A DNA stretch of 34,665 nucleotides, taken from contig JAJYJP010000001.1 of the NCBI GenBank assembly GCA_021789395.1, positions 1 through 34,665 on the forward strand, written 5' to 3'. Made by a program: the position numbers and the translations under genes. The notes beneath the pieces were generated by a model. The model saw only the letters and a list, made by a program, of their open reading frames with translations, was not told the origin of the DNA and made no database searches. This DNA is from a bacterium (GTDB taxonomy: Bacteria; Patescibacteriota; Minisyncoccia; Moranbacterales; UBA2206). Positions 7,981 to 16,447 of the stretch are shown here, in pieces (within the stretch, counting starts at the first letter, position 1; each line of letters starts with the position of its first letter).

Positions 7981-8820
7981 TCACCCGATGATGTCGATTC
8001 CGGAAAGTTCTCCGCTTCTGATGGCATGTTCAATAACCCTGGCCTGCAAACTTGCGGGATTGAATTGCTTGGCACAATAGAGAGCCAACGTTTTAGCGAC
8101 AGATGCTTTCATCTCGGTAAGTTTTGCCTTGGCAACCCTGGGGATCGAAGTCGGATCGGGAAATTCCCCTTTTACATCGCCCGGCACGTGCAACGAACGC
8201 CGCTTACCTTCAATCAGCGGCGGCCGGTACACAATGTTATCGCGTCCGCAGATATTAGTTAGGGAAATTTCCGACATTTCCATCAGCGCTGCCGTCTTGC
8301 CAGAAACTTCGTCGATTTTCTTCTCGACGACCGGCAATTGGTTTTTGAGCGTCGTTGTGACATCGTTGAGGTGGCACACATGATCCGTTGCCAATTTATC
8401 GACATATTTTTTGTTCCTGCGCAGACTGAAGAGCACAACAGCCACGATGATGATCGCTGTCGCGGCCAGTCCCACCAGAATTGCAATCATCGAACCGGAG
8501 ACAGTGCGATTGCTTTTCTTGATGCCATTATCAATGTCTTTCAGCTTGCTTTTTTCACCGTTGAGCCTGGCGAGTTCGGCGTTAAGTTGCTCCAGTGTTT
8601 TTTCCGTCGCCGCATCTCTTTTTTTCAACATCCGTTCATTCAACCAGCCGATGCTGCGGATGGTTCTGATACGTTCATAGCGCGCAATTTCTCTTGCCTG
8701 TTTAGAAGACAGCGTGGCAGGCGGAACAACTTCTTCCTTTCCCGCATAAGTAAATGCTTGCGCCGTCGACACAAATCCGAACGTAGCCGCAAGCAGCAAT
8801 ATGAACACGAGCTTCCTCAT
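7981..8820 (-). CDS. Cassette gene C: type-I bitopic membrane protein (signal peptide, extracellular coiled coil, TM, ~135-aa cytoplasmic domain), unknown function
   Basis: I set the start at ATG 8820 (MRKLVFILLLAATFGFVSTAQA|FTY) because GGGAGG lies 7 nt upstream. The track's 22-codon extension has no such support. A heptad-like segment (EKTLEQLNAELARLNGEKSKLKD) is followed by the TM GSMIAILVGLAATAIIIVAVVLFSL and then RRNKK. Confidence 0.75.
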   Translation of the reverse strand: MRKLVFILLLAATFGFVSTAQAFTYAGKEEVVPPATLSSKQAREIARYERIRTIRSIGWLNERMLKKRDAATEKTLEQLNAELARLNGEKSKLKDIDNGIKKSNRTVSGSMIAILVGLAATAIIIVAVVLFSLRRNKKYVDKLATDHVCHLNDVTTTLKNQLPVVEKKIDEVSGKTAALMEMSEISLTNICGRDNIVYRPPLIEGKRRSLHVPGDVKGEFPDPTSIPRVAKAKLTEMKASVAKTLALYCAKQFNPASLQARVIEHAIRSGELSGIDIIG

Positions 8821-8836
8821 AAACAACCTCCCTTTT

Positions 8837-10117
8837 TCATTGTGCAAAATCCGTGTGATATGTTCTGATATCATGATCCTGGGCAAAGCGATCCGCTGTC
8901 GTTCTGCCGTAGACGATGCAAATAGCCGTCGTCCACGCTTCGTAAGCCTGGATCATTTCCAATTTGGCTTCGGATCTCCGTTCCCCTTTCAGATACTTGA
9001 GATTTTTCTCAGCCTGCCGGAAATGTCCGATCGCTCCTCGGTACACTTTTCCGGTTTTTTCGATTTTGTATGTCTGCCTTAGAAAAGTTTTATCTTTAGT
9101 GCAAGCATACATATCGATATCAAGAAACGCGATCCGGAGATGCTTTTCGAAGTTTTGGAGATTCAGGTTGGGACAAAATATATTTTCTTCCGTCGCAATC
9201 TTTTTTGATATCTCAGTTGCCTCTTCCTTGCTGCAGACCGATTTCCGCACTTTTGGTTTCGGTCTTTCTTCCACTCGCGGCGGATGGAGAAACGTTTCCA
9301 AATTTTCTGCGTGAAAAAGAAGGAAAGTTACTTCTGCATCTCCCCGCATGACAGTTTTCTGCTGGCTTTTTTCGATTTGGCCGCCTGCGGAAATTCCGAA
9401 GAGCGAACCTATTTCTTGCAGAAAACCCACGGAAGCGCCTACGCCTTTTGTCGTTCCACTGGGTGTTATATAGGCGCGAAAAGCGTCGACTGGAATTGCC
9501 ACATTGGCCCCGTACTGAAGCGCTTGGTACCCGCCGAACAAGAACAGGTCCTGCCGCATGGCCAACTGCCCGAAATCGCCTTCTTTTCCCAGAAATTTTG
9601 AATCCAACGTCAACGTTCCGACCCTCTTCAATTCTCGAATATCTCGCCCGTCCAGCTTTGCGATGAAACATATTCTCTCTGAAGCAGGAAAAGTAAATTG
9701 GACATCCGGATGATAGATTACGCTTTTTTCGAGTTCGTCGAAAAATTTTTCGCCCCGCTCTGATATCATCATCCGTTTGAACGTCTTGAAACTGTTTGGT
9801 GTCACTTCATCGATAGCCAACAAAATATCTCCTGATTTCAAGTCATTTACTTGCCGCTCGTATCCGGGAAAATAATTTGGCGGAAAAAAACCCGTGTTGC
9901 CCGGAACGAACGGAAATTCCGACGCGATGTTATCGCCGTGCTGTGAAAAATCCAGGTGGATCGAGTTCTGGTTCTGACCGCCTAAATCGACTGACTGATT
10001 TTGACCTTGGTTGTTGTTATTCGTATTGCTGTTGTCAAAATCCTTTCCGGCAAGAGCGATGCTCGCTGACAACAACAAAGCCATCATTATGATCAAAACG
10101 CCCGCTACCTTCTTCAT
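8837..10117 (-). CDS. Cassette gene B: large secreted protein with an N/Q-rich N-terminus, unknown function
   Basis: ATG at 10117 (MKKVAGVLIIMMALLLSASIALA|GKD) is preceded by AAGGGAG. The track start at 10126 is a TTG. The mature protein begins DNSNTNNNNQGQNQSVDLGGQNQNS, followed by an aromatic/Pro-rich stretch, a ~230-aa central region and a helical 4-Cys C-terminal region. Its stop lies 16 nt before gene C. Confidence 0.8.
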   Translation of the reverse strand: MKKVAGVLIIMMALLLSASIALAGKDFDNSNTNNNNQGQNQSVDLGGQNQNSIHLDFSQHGDNIASEFPFVPGNTGFFPPNYFPGYERQVNDLKSGDILLAIDEVTPNSFKTFKRMMISERGEKFFDELEKSVIYHPDVQFTFPASERICFIAKLDGRDIRELKRVGTLTLDSKFLGKEGDFGQLAMRQDLFLFGGYQALQYGANVAIPVDAFRAYITPSGTTKGVGASVGFLQEIGSLFGISAGGQIEKSQQKTVMRGDAEVTFLLFHAENLETFLHPPRVEERPKPKVRKSVCSKEEATEISKKIATEENIFCPNLNLQNFEKHLRIAFLDIDMYACTKDKTFLRQTYKIEKTGKVYRGAIGHFRQAEKNLKYLKGERRSEAKLEMIQAYEAWTTAICIVYGRTTADRFAQDHDIRTYHTDFAQ

Positions 10118-10247
10118 GGCAACCAACTCCCTTCTCTTTGAATTTCTATGTCAATTTTTAGTTTTTAAAGACCCTTCTTCCTCTATTCTCACAGGACTTA
10201 TTGATAATATTTCAATCAATCCTGAATCGAATTTCGGAATTATTTTT

Positions 10248-10281
10248 CCGGGAGGAGGAAAGATTATCTCCTCTCTCCCGG
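10248..10281 (-). promoter_or_regulatory. GC-rich stem-loop 6 nt after the stop of cassette gene A (mRNA 3' stabiliser or partial terminator)
   Basis: The minus strand reads CCGGGAG-A-GAGGAGA TAAT(C) TTTCCTC-CTCCCGG, giving about 12-14 bp with one bulged A. It is followed by AAAAATAATT rather than a U tract. Confidence 0.55.
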
Positions 10282-10287
10282 TGGGCG

Positions 10288-10626
10288 CTAGTTGGCGCCG
10301 CCTTTTACATTGCCGTATTGCATGCCCCACTGTGTTTGGTGGCCGTTTGACGATGACTGTTCCTGGTTATATCCGCTCTTGTACCCGAAGTTACCGGACA
10401 CGTCACGTCCCTTCAGACTCAGATCGGTTTCCCCGTCCTGTTTGGCCGACATGCCCATCTCAAAACTGTGGTGACCGAAATTTTTGAACATATCTGTTTG
10501 TGTGTTAGTGTATGTTTCTCCGTCGACTTTGCCGAAAGTTTTAAAGCCTCCGCCAGCCAGTGCCACGGCCGCGGACGAAAACAAGAACGACAGTGCCAGA
10601 AAAATCACCGTTACTTTTCGCATCAT
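10288..10626 (-). CDS. Cassette gene A: small secreted Gly/Asn/Gln/Ser/Thr-rich protein (mature ~87 aa), unknown function
   Basis: Signal peptide MMRKVTVIFLALSFLFSSAAVALA|GGG. The mature part contains two ~20-aa repeats (KVDGETYTNTQTDMFKNFG and KQDGETDLSLKGRDVSGNFG) and a tail YNQEQSSSNGHQTQWGMQYGNVKGGAN. GTGAGGT lies upstream of the ATG. Confidence 0.75.
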   Translation of the reverse strand: MMRKVTVIFLALSFLFSSAAVALAGGGFKTFGKVDGETYTNTQTDMFKNFGHHSFEMGMSAKQDGETDLSLKGRDVSGNFGYKSGYNQEQSSSNGHQTQWGMQYGNVKGGAN

Positions 10627-10751
10627 CTCAACCTCACTTCTGATTTCTAAGTTTTTACCGTAGTTTTAAAGAACTAAAGGAACCCAAAACCTCCTTTCTG
10701 ACCGAATTAATTTATTACCAAATAACTGATCTATAAATTTCGTCTGTCCCG

Positions 10752-10777
10752 ATAAAAAAAGACGCGCATTGCGTCTT
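10752..10777 (-). terminator. Intrinsic terminator after the proteostasis operon
   Basis: The minus strand reads AAGACGC-AATGC-GCGTCTT followed by TTTTTTATC. It lies 30 nt after the stop at 10808 and separates that operon from the secreted cassette. Confidence 0.75.
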
Positions 10778-10807
10778 ATTACAATTCAGATCAAATTTTA
10801 TTCCGAG

Positions 10808-11941
10808 CTAGAGCTGGACCGGAATCTTCATCATCTGACCATTCCGATCGACTGTCAGCTTGATTTTATCGCCCGTTTTAAATGCGTACAACAAATCTGG
10901 CAAACTATGGCTAAGATCAATGTCGGTTCCGTTGACTGCGGTTATTATGTCGTTCATCTTGAGTCCCGCCTTTTGCGCCGATGAGTCATAAATAATCGCC
11001 AATCCTTGTTGTCCGGAAGCGGAATAAATCATCGCCCCGCCGTTCACATTGAGATTATTTGCCAGGGCAAAAGTCTTGGTGATGGGAACATAATAGATTC
11101 CCAAAACCGGATCACTGCCGATTTCTTTATCAATCGCCTTATTGACGACCGCCTCCACCTTATCGGCCGGAATGACAAAATATTCCTGAGAATCATTTAC
11201 ATTGATCGAACCGAGAATTCCGATCGTTTGACCGCTGAAATCGACGACTGGACCGCCAACATAATCGGCCGGATTGCCAAAATCGGTGTCATACACGCCT
11301 TCCATTTTTTCAGAACTAGAAACGGTGCCGCCACCCAGATTGAAAGTCGGCATGTAGACGGTTAGCATTCCCAGGTCATATGAATCGAGATATGATCCGG
11401 AAGCATTCCCGATGGCGACCACTTTTTCACCCGGCTCAATGCTGCTTGAATCTCCAAAAGAAATCACCGGAAGATTGCTGGCATCAATTTTCAGAAAAGT
11501 CAAATTACTGTACGCATCCACCCCGACAAAAGTAGCGTCATCCACACTGCCATCATAAAGCAACACTTTATATTTCGAATTAGCCGTCAGGTCGGGCGCG
11601 TAGGTCATGATCAAACCGTCGCTTGTCACGATTTCCCCAGTAATATTTTCCACTGCCGCAGTGGGTTGTCCGGCGCCCGGCAACACTATGATATTTACGA
11701 CCGACGAAGCGGCCTGATTGGCGATATCAGCCATCGAGGTTGTTTCTTTGACAGTAACTTGTTCGGTCCGATTGATGACTGTTACATCCTCGGTAGATTT
11801 TTTCAAAAAGGGCACGTTGGCAAAAAGACTAGTCATGCTGAGGTACGGAAAAAGGTAACGGTCCATAATGATGCCGCCCAGCCCGCCCAGGATTACTATG
11901 CCCAGGATGATAAAAATTTTTTTAACAATTTTCTTTGTCAT
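10808..11941 (-). CDS. HtrA/DegP-like protein with PDZ domain but no catalytic triad (predicted pseudoprotease)
   Basis: 377 aa with an N-terminal TM. It is colinear with the active paralog at 15329-16315, but TNKHVV becomes [14 protein letters not shown] becomes SNLTFLKI, and GNSGGPLL becomes DYVGGPVV. The C-terminal PDZ-like region reads GLKMNDIITAVNGTDI...GDKIKLTVDRNG. Confidence 0.8.
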   Translation of the reverse strand: MTKKIVKKIFIILGIVILGGLGGIIMDRYLFPYLSMTSLFANVPFLKKSTEDVTVINRTEQVTVKETTSMADIANQAASSVVNIIVLPGAGQPTAAVENITGEIVTSDGLIMTYAPDLTANSKYKVLLYDGSVDDATFVGVDAYSNLTFLKIDASNLPVISFGDSSSIEPGEKVVAIGNASGSYLDSYDLGMLTVYMPTFNLGGGTVSSSEKMEGVYDTDFGNPADYVGGPVVDFSGQTIGILGSINVNDSQEYFVIPADKVEAVVNKAIDKEIGSDPVLGIYYVPITKTFALANNLNVNGGAMIYSASGQQGLAIIYDSSAQKAGLKMNDIITAVNGTDIDLSHSLPDLLYAFKTGDKIKLTVDRNGQMMKIPVQL

Positions 11942-11952
11942 AAACTATTTGT

Positions 11953-12690
11953 TCATACTGTCGGAAGCCATTTGGAACTGAGCAGCACTAAAATTACCAA
12001 AACCGAAAAAAATACCATGTTCGCCACGACCCGTTTCCGGCTCAATAAGTTAAGAAAATAGCTCTGCACCAGATCCCATAAAACATAGTACAGTATAAGA
12101 GCAATCACTCCAGTCGTCAAATATCCGAACGGCCAAAAATTCATTGTCCAAATCAGTTCCGCCATTATCAAGGCCAGCAAAAAGCTGTAGATCCAGACCG
12201 TTCTTTTGTTTTCATTTATGAGGCGAAAATACTGGTAACTTACCAGGAGGGAAACAATCAGATAAATTATCATCAAAAAATATAATGGCACGAAAAAATT
12301 AAGATAAAAACCATATGCCGCTGTGAAAGCAAAAAAAATAGTTACCATGGAAGCCGCCATGATCATTCCCCTCGCCGTCAAGTCACTTTGGTATTCCTTG
12401 AGACGAAAAGCACCCAAGCAGGTCAGGTAGTACACGAAAGAAGTGAGTAGAATGAAAATCTGCTGTTCGGCAAAATCAGAAATGAGATAAATAAGCGCGA
12501 TAGAAAAAATGGTGAAAAATGCCGGCAATATGGAAAACAGCCAACGGCCTCCTAATTTTTTCCCGACAAAAAGCGAAACGAAAAAGAAAATAAATGCAAT
12601 CAAAAACAAAAAATCATTTCTGAAAGAAATAAATTCCAGGCCCAGAAAAAAAACTAAGCTATACAAGAAAGGTTTTAATCTAAAAAACAT
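11953..12690 (-). CDS. Polytopic membrane protein (about 8 TM segments), unknown function
   Basis: 245 aa, strongly hydrophobic and rich in F/L/I/Y. It is packed between clpB (41-nt gap) and the dead HtrA paralog (11-nt gap). Confidence 0.7.
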   Translation of the reverse strand: MFFRLKPFLYSLVFFLGLEFISFRNDFLFLIAFIFFFVSLFVGKKLGGRWLFSILPAFFTIFSIALIYLISDFAEQQIFILLTSFVYYLTCLGAFRLKEYQSDLTARGMIMAASMVTIFFAFTAAYGFYLNFFVPLYFLMIIYLIVSLLVSYQYFRLINENKRTVWIYSFLLALIMAELIWTMNFWPFGYLTTGVIALILYYVLWDLVQSYFLNLLSRKRVVANMVFFSVLVILVLLSSKWLPTV

Positions 12691-12731
12691 TTTATTGCAT
12701 TATGCGGATTGGCTCCAGTATATCACGCTGC

Positions 12732-15338
12732 TTATACAAAGACAATTTTGTTTTTTTGAGCATCGATTTTGACATTATCGCCTTCTTTTATTCTTCCTTC
12801 GATGACCCGCAGCGCCAGTTCATCCAAAATTTCATTTTGAATCACTCGCTTGAGCGGACGCGCTCCATAAGCGGGATCATAACCTTTCTGGCTAAGATAT
12901 TCCTTGGCCGCCGGGGTCAAAAATAAAGTGATATTTTTTTCATCAAGCCGTTCCCGCACCAAATCCAATTGCAGGTCAACGATTTTTTTGAGCATTTCGC
13001 GGCTAATAGGATGAAAAATAATGATTTCATCCAGCCGGTTTAAAAATTCCGGCTTGAAGTTTTCACGCAGCGCCTCCAAAACTTTTTCGCGCATATCCTC
13101 TTCGGTCATGACACCTTCGATTAAAGCTTCCTTAAAACCCAATTCGCTCCGGTAAATGATATCCGATCCTACATTGGAAGTCATAATGATGACTGTATTT
13201 TTGAAATTGATTTTCCGACCTTTGGCATCCGTCAGGATTCCGTCGTCCAGAATTTGAAGCATGATATTGAATACCTGCGGATGGGCCTTTTCTATCTCGT
13301 CAAAGAGGATGACGCTATATGGCTTCCTTCGAACGATCTCGGTAAGTTGTCCGCCCTCTTCATAGCCTACATAGCCCGGCGGCGATCCGATCATTTTAGC
13401 GGTCGAATGCGCTTCCATATACTCGCTCATATCGACCCGGATCATGGCCTGTTCGTCATTGAACAGGAATTGCGCCAGCGCTTTGGCCAATTCAGTCTTT
13501 CCCACGCCGGTCGGGCCCAAAAAAATGAACGAACCGATCGGCCGTTGCTTTTCTGAGATTCCGGCGCGCGACCTTCGGATCGCATTTGCGACAGATTGGA
13601 TGGCTTCTTTCTGCCCGACCACCCGTTTTTCAAGCTCGGCTTCCATATTTGCCAACTTTTTTGCTTCGCTTTCCAACATTTTAGAAACCGGGATATTGGT
13701 CCAGCGAGAAACCACCCTGGCCACATCTTCTTCGGTGATCTCTTCTTTCAGGATCGGATTCTTACTTTGGATATTATTCAATTTTTTCTTTTCCTCTTTG
13801 ATTTTTTTTTCCAATTCCGGAATTTTTCCATATCGGATCTCGGCGACTTTTTCCAGTTCCGATCTTCTTTCGGCAATTTCCGCTTCCGATTTCACTTTTT
13901 CAATCTCTGCGGTGTGCTTGCGGATATTGGTGATCAAATCTTTTTCCGTTTTCCATTGCAACGAGAGCTTTTCGAAATCTTTTTTCATCTCGAAAAGTTT
14001 TTTATCCAATTCTCCGATCCTTTTTTTAAAAGAAATGTCTTTTTCTTTTTCCAAAGCTTTCTTCTCGATTTCCATCCGGCGGATCGACCGCTCCATCTCG
14101 TCAATTTCTGCCGGCATCGAATCGATTTCCATCCGCAGCGCACTGCCTGCCTCATCGACAATATCGACCGCTTTATCCGGCAAAAACCGATCGGTAATGT
14201 ATCGGTCGGACAATCTCACCGCTTCTTGGATGGCGGCATCAGTAATTCTGACCCCGTGATGTACTTCGTATTTTTCTTTCAAGCCTCGGAGAATCGCAAT
14301 TGCATCTTCGGCCGAAGGCTCTTCGACAATGATCGGTTGAAAACGCCGTTCGAAAGCGGCGTCTTTTTCTATGTAACGCTGGTATTCTTTAGTTGTCGTC
14401 GCGCCGACCATCCGGATGCGTCCGCGCGCCAAAGCTGGCTTCAGCATATTGGAAGCATCCAACGCCCCTTCGGTCGCGCCGGCTCCCACTAGTGTATGGA
14501 TCTCATCGATGAACAGGATGTACCGGCCGGCCGCCCGATCGATTTCATTAATGATCGCTTTTAACCGTTCTTCGAATTCTCCCCGAAACTTCGTTCCAGC
14601 CAATAAAGATCCCAGATCGAGCGAGATGAGTTCCTTATTTTTTAACGTCTCCGGCACGTCTCCGTCGGCGATCCGCTGCGCCAATCCTTCCACGATCGCC
14701 GTTTTCCCCACTCCCGCTTCTCCGATCAGGACCGGATTATTTTTTGTCCGGCGGCTCAACACCTGCATCACCCGGCGTATTTCCGCATCTCTACCGATGA
14801 CCGGATCTAATTTTTTATTCCGAGCCAGTTCTGTCAGGTTGATCGTATATTTCTCCAGCACCTGAAACTTGCTCTCCGGTTCCGGAGTGTCCACGTGCTG
14901 CGAACCTCGTACTTGCGCCATAATTTTTAAGATATTGTCATAATTTATTTTATATTTTTCCAAAAAATTTTTAACTCGCGTCTTGGCAGTTAAAAAAGCC
15001 AGAAGCAGGTGTTCGGTAGAGATAAACTCGTCTCCGATAAGACGGGCTTCTTCTTCCGCCGCGTTCAAAATCACAACCAGCTCCGGCGTGACGAAAATCT
15101 GATTGTTTAGCCCGCCGATTTTCGGATAAGCGTCGACCTCGTCCATCACATTTGCCTTTAAAGTTTCGATGTCGACTTCGATCTTGCGCAAAATCACCGG
15201 CACGATCGAATCTTCTTGGGACAACAACGCGTAAAGCAAATGAAAAGTATCGACTTGCTGCTGGCCTTTCGAAATCACGATTTCTTGGGCATTACGCAAA
15301 GCCTCCTGGCTTTTGACTGTAAGTTTTCCTAGATCCAT
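12732..15338 (-). CDS. clpB: ATP-dependent chaperone/disaggregase ClpB
   Basis: 868 aa. It has the Clp N-domain repeats, Walker A motifs GEAGVGKT (NBD1) and GPTGVGKT (NBD2), a long coiled-coil M-domain between them, and GARPLKR near the C-terminus. Confidence 0.97.
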   Translation of the reverse strand: MDLGKLTVKSQEALRNAQEIVISKGQQQVDTFHLLYALLSQEDSIVPVILRKIEVDIETLKANVMDEVDAYPKIGGLNNQIFVTPELVVILNAAEEEARLIGDEFISTEHLLLAFLTAKTRVKNFLEKYKINYDNILKIMAQVRGSQHVDTPEPESKFQVLEKYTINLTELARNKKLDPVIGRDAEIRRVMQVLSRRTKNNPVLIGEAGVGKTAIVEGLAQRIADGDVPETLKNKELISLDLGSLLAGTKFRGEFEERLKAIINEIDRAAGRYILFIDEIHTLVGAGATEGALDASNMLKPALARGRIRMVGATTTKEYQRYIEKDAAFERRFQPIIVEEPSAEDAIAILRGLKEKYEVHHGVRITDAAIQEAVRLSDRYITDRFLPDKAVDIVDEAGSALRMEIDSMPAEIDEMERSIRRMEIEKKALEKEKDISFKKRIGELDKKLFEMKKDFEKLSLQWKTEKDLITNIRKHTAEIEKVKSEAEIAERRSELEKVAEIRYGKIPELEKKIKEEKKKLNNIQSKNPILKEEITEEDVARVVSRWTNIPVSKMLESEAKKLANMEAELEKRVVGQKEAIQSVANAIRRSRAGISEKQRPIGSFIFLGPTGVGKTELAKALAQFLFNDEQAMIRVDMSEYMEAHSTAKMIGSPPGYVGYEEGGQLTEIVRRKPYSVILFDEIEKAHPQVFNIMLQILDDGILTDAKGRKINFKNTVIIMTSNVGSDIIYRSELGFKEALIEGVMTEEDMREKVLEALRENFKPEFLNRLDEIIIFHPISREMLKKIVDLQLDLVRERLDEKNITLFLTPAAKEYLSQKGYDPAYGARPLKRVIQNEILDELALRVIEGRIKEGDNVKIDAQKNKIVFV

Positions 15339-16315
15339 AATTTTCTTTTTGCCGCTTTTCCCATTACTTCTACCCGATCGACAACTTTCTTGACTTGATC
15401 GGCGGGCAAAGCGAATCCGATATCCTGCGCGCCTTGCGCCATGGCCACATTCACGCCGATCACATTGCCGTTGATATCCAAGAGAGGTCCGCCGGAATTT
15501 CCCAGATTGATCGCCGCATCGGTCTGAATGATGTCGTTAAGCTGCTCAGATTCGCCGAATCCTCCGGAAGCGGTCAGATTTCTTCCTAATCCGGAAATAA
15601 TGCCTTTGCTGACCGTATTGGAAAATTGTCCCAGTGAATTCCCAATCGCAATCACCGTTTGCCCAATTTCCAGAGAATCAGAATTGCCGATATTCAATAT
15701 CGGAAAATTATTTCCAGCAATTTTGATGACTGCAATATCATTAGCCGGATCGGTAGCTAAAATTTTAGCAAGATGTTCTTTACCATCGTTTGTTACGACA
15801 GTATATGTAGCGGTCGGATCGGAAACGACATGCTTGTTTGTCACAATGACTCCGCTGCTTGTCACAAAAAATCCTGAACCACCGGCAATCCGCTCTTGAC
15901 TCATGCCCCCTTGCACGTTATTGGTGTTGGAACTACCTTGATTCTGTTCATTGCCCTGCCCATCAGACGGGCTTGGAAAATTTTTCTTAACTCCCGCTCC
16001 GTTCACGCTTTTTGAAACAATGATGCTTACCACGGCGGGAGTCGCTTTTTTTACCACATTGATTACGGCCAAATCTTCCTGGACAACCGGATGGTTTGGC
16101 AAATTACCGTTAATTACTTGAGAAAAAAATCCTGAAAATTCTTGAGTTAGACTAGGTATTCCGCCAGCCATAAAACCAAAAACGGATCCGGCAATGGCTG
16201 ACACCAAGACCGTGATTATGATCAACCATCTCAAATTATATTTTTTTGGAACTAAAACCGCCGACCCATAAAGTTCGGTATCCGGCGAATCGGCATCACC
16301 CTTTTCAATTTCCAT
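15329..16315 (-). CDS. htrA: HtrA-family S1C serine protease, membrane-anchored, without PDZ domain
   Basis: The triad is intact: TNKHVV (His), NDIAVIKI (Asp), GNSGGPLL (Ser). The protein ends ~35 aa after the protease domain, so there is no PDZ. I set the start at ATG 16315; the track starts at a TTG at 16342. The stop overlaps the clpB ATG by 10 nt (TTATGGATCTAG). Confidence 0.9.
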   Translation of the reverse strand: MEIEKGDADSPDTELYGSAVLVPKKYNLRWLIIITVLVSAIAGSVFGFMAGGIPSLTQEFSGFFSQVINGNLPNHPVVQEDLAVINVVKKATPAVVSIIVSKSVNGAGVKKNFPSPSDGQGNEQNQGSSNTNNVQGGMSQERIAGGSGFFVTSSGVIVTNKHVVSDPTATYTVVTNDGKEHLAKILATDPANDIAVIKIAGNNFPILNIGNSDSLEIGQTVIAIGNSLGQFSNTVSKGIISGLGRNLTASGGFGESEQLNDIIQTDAAINLGNSGGPLLDINGNVIGVNVAMAQGAQDIGFALPADQVKKVVDRVEVMGKAAKRKLWI

Positions 16316-16365
16316 ATTTTTTCCAGAACTCTTGCCGACCAAAAAAGCAACAAGGGTTACCTTAG

Positions 16366-16410
16366 GTTATTCTAATTAGCCAAGGAAATTTAATTCCTTA
16401 TAAGAATAAC
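16366..16410. promoter_or_regulatory. Nested inverted repeat upstream of htrA-clpB (candidate operator)
   Basis: GTTATTCT (16366-16373) pairs with AGAATAAC (16403-16410). These arms enclose AAGGAA-ATTTAA-TTCCTT (16382-16399). On the minus strand, the outer repeat at 16366-16373 (AGAATAAC) overlaps a TAGAAT -10-like hexamer. Confidence 0.3.
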
Positions 16411-16447
16411 AGGCAAAACTTGTTTTTATTGCACTCTTAAAAAGAGC

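Noticed and set aside
8821-8886. A 22-codon upstream extension of cassette gene C. There is also a 3-codon TTG extension of gene B at 10118-10126.
   Set aside because: The extensions would bury the signal peptides and lack an SD. The internal ATGs have GGGAGG or AAGGGAG at proper spacing and give canonical signal peptides.
8837-10626. A possible curli relationship. NSIHLDFSQHGDNIA in protein B resembles a CsgA repeat (NSDLTITQHGGGNGA). TTKGVGASVGF...FGISAGGQ in protein B vaguely resembles the CsgG segment SGGVGARYFGIGA.
   Set aside because: Only one short segment matches in each case. The S-x5-Q spacing is off by one, a Gly is missing, and the matches fall in low-complexity Gly/Gln/Asn sequence where chance similarity is expected. 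There is also no evidence of an outer membrane. This needs HMM or structure comparison before it can be claimed.
7981-10626. The idea that the secreted cassette is a horizontally acquired island, based on base composition.
   Set aside because: My hand counts of single 60-nt lines gave ~48% GC in the cassette, against ~38% (clpB) and ~52% (lepA) in the two flanking housekeeping genes sampled. That is not distinguishable by eye. I also saw no flanking direct repeats, tRNA or integrase. A proper k-mer or GC-window analysis is required.
13444-14492. Two long plus-strand ORFs (271 and 298 aa) opposite clpB.
   Set aside because: They are antisense to the ClpB M-domain/NBD region. The sequences are S/F/I-rich repeats mirroring the K/E-rich coiled coil. 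Neither has an RBS or a recognisable domain.
16431-16447. GCACTC...GAGC next to the ferredoxin stop, which looked like half of a CIRCE heat-shock operator.
   Set aside because: Only one partial arm (GCACTC) is present. The TTAGCACTC-N9-GAGTGCTAA inverted repeat is not there. The weak hairpin has a 3-nt loop and a bulge.
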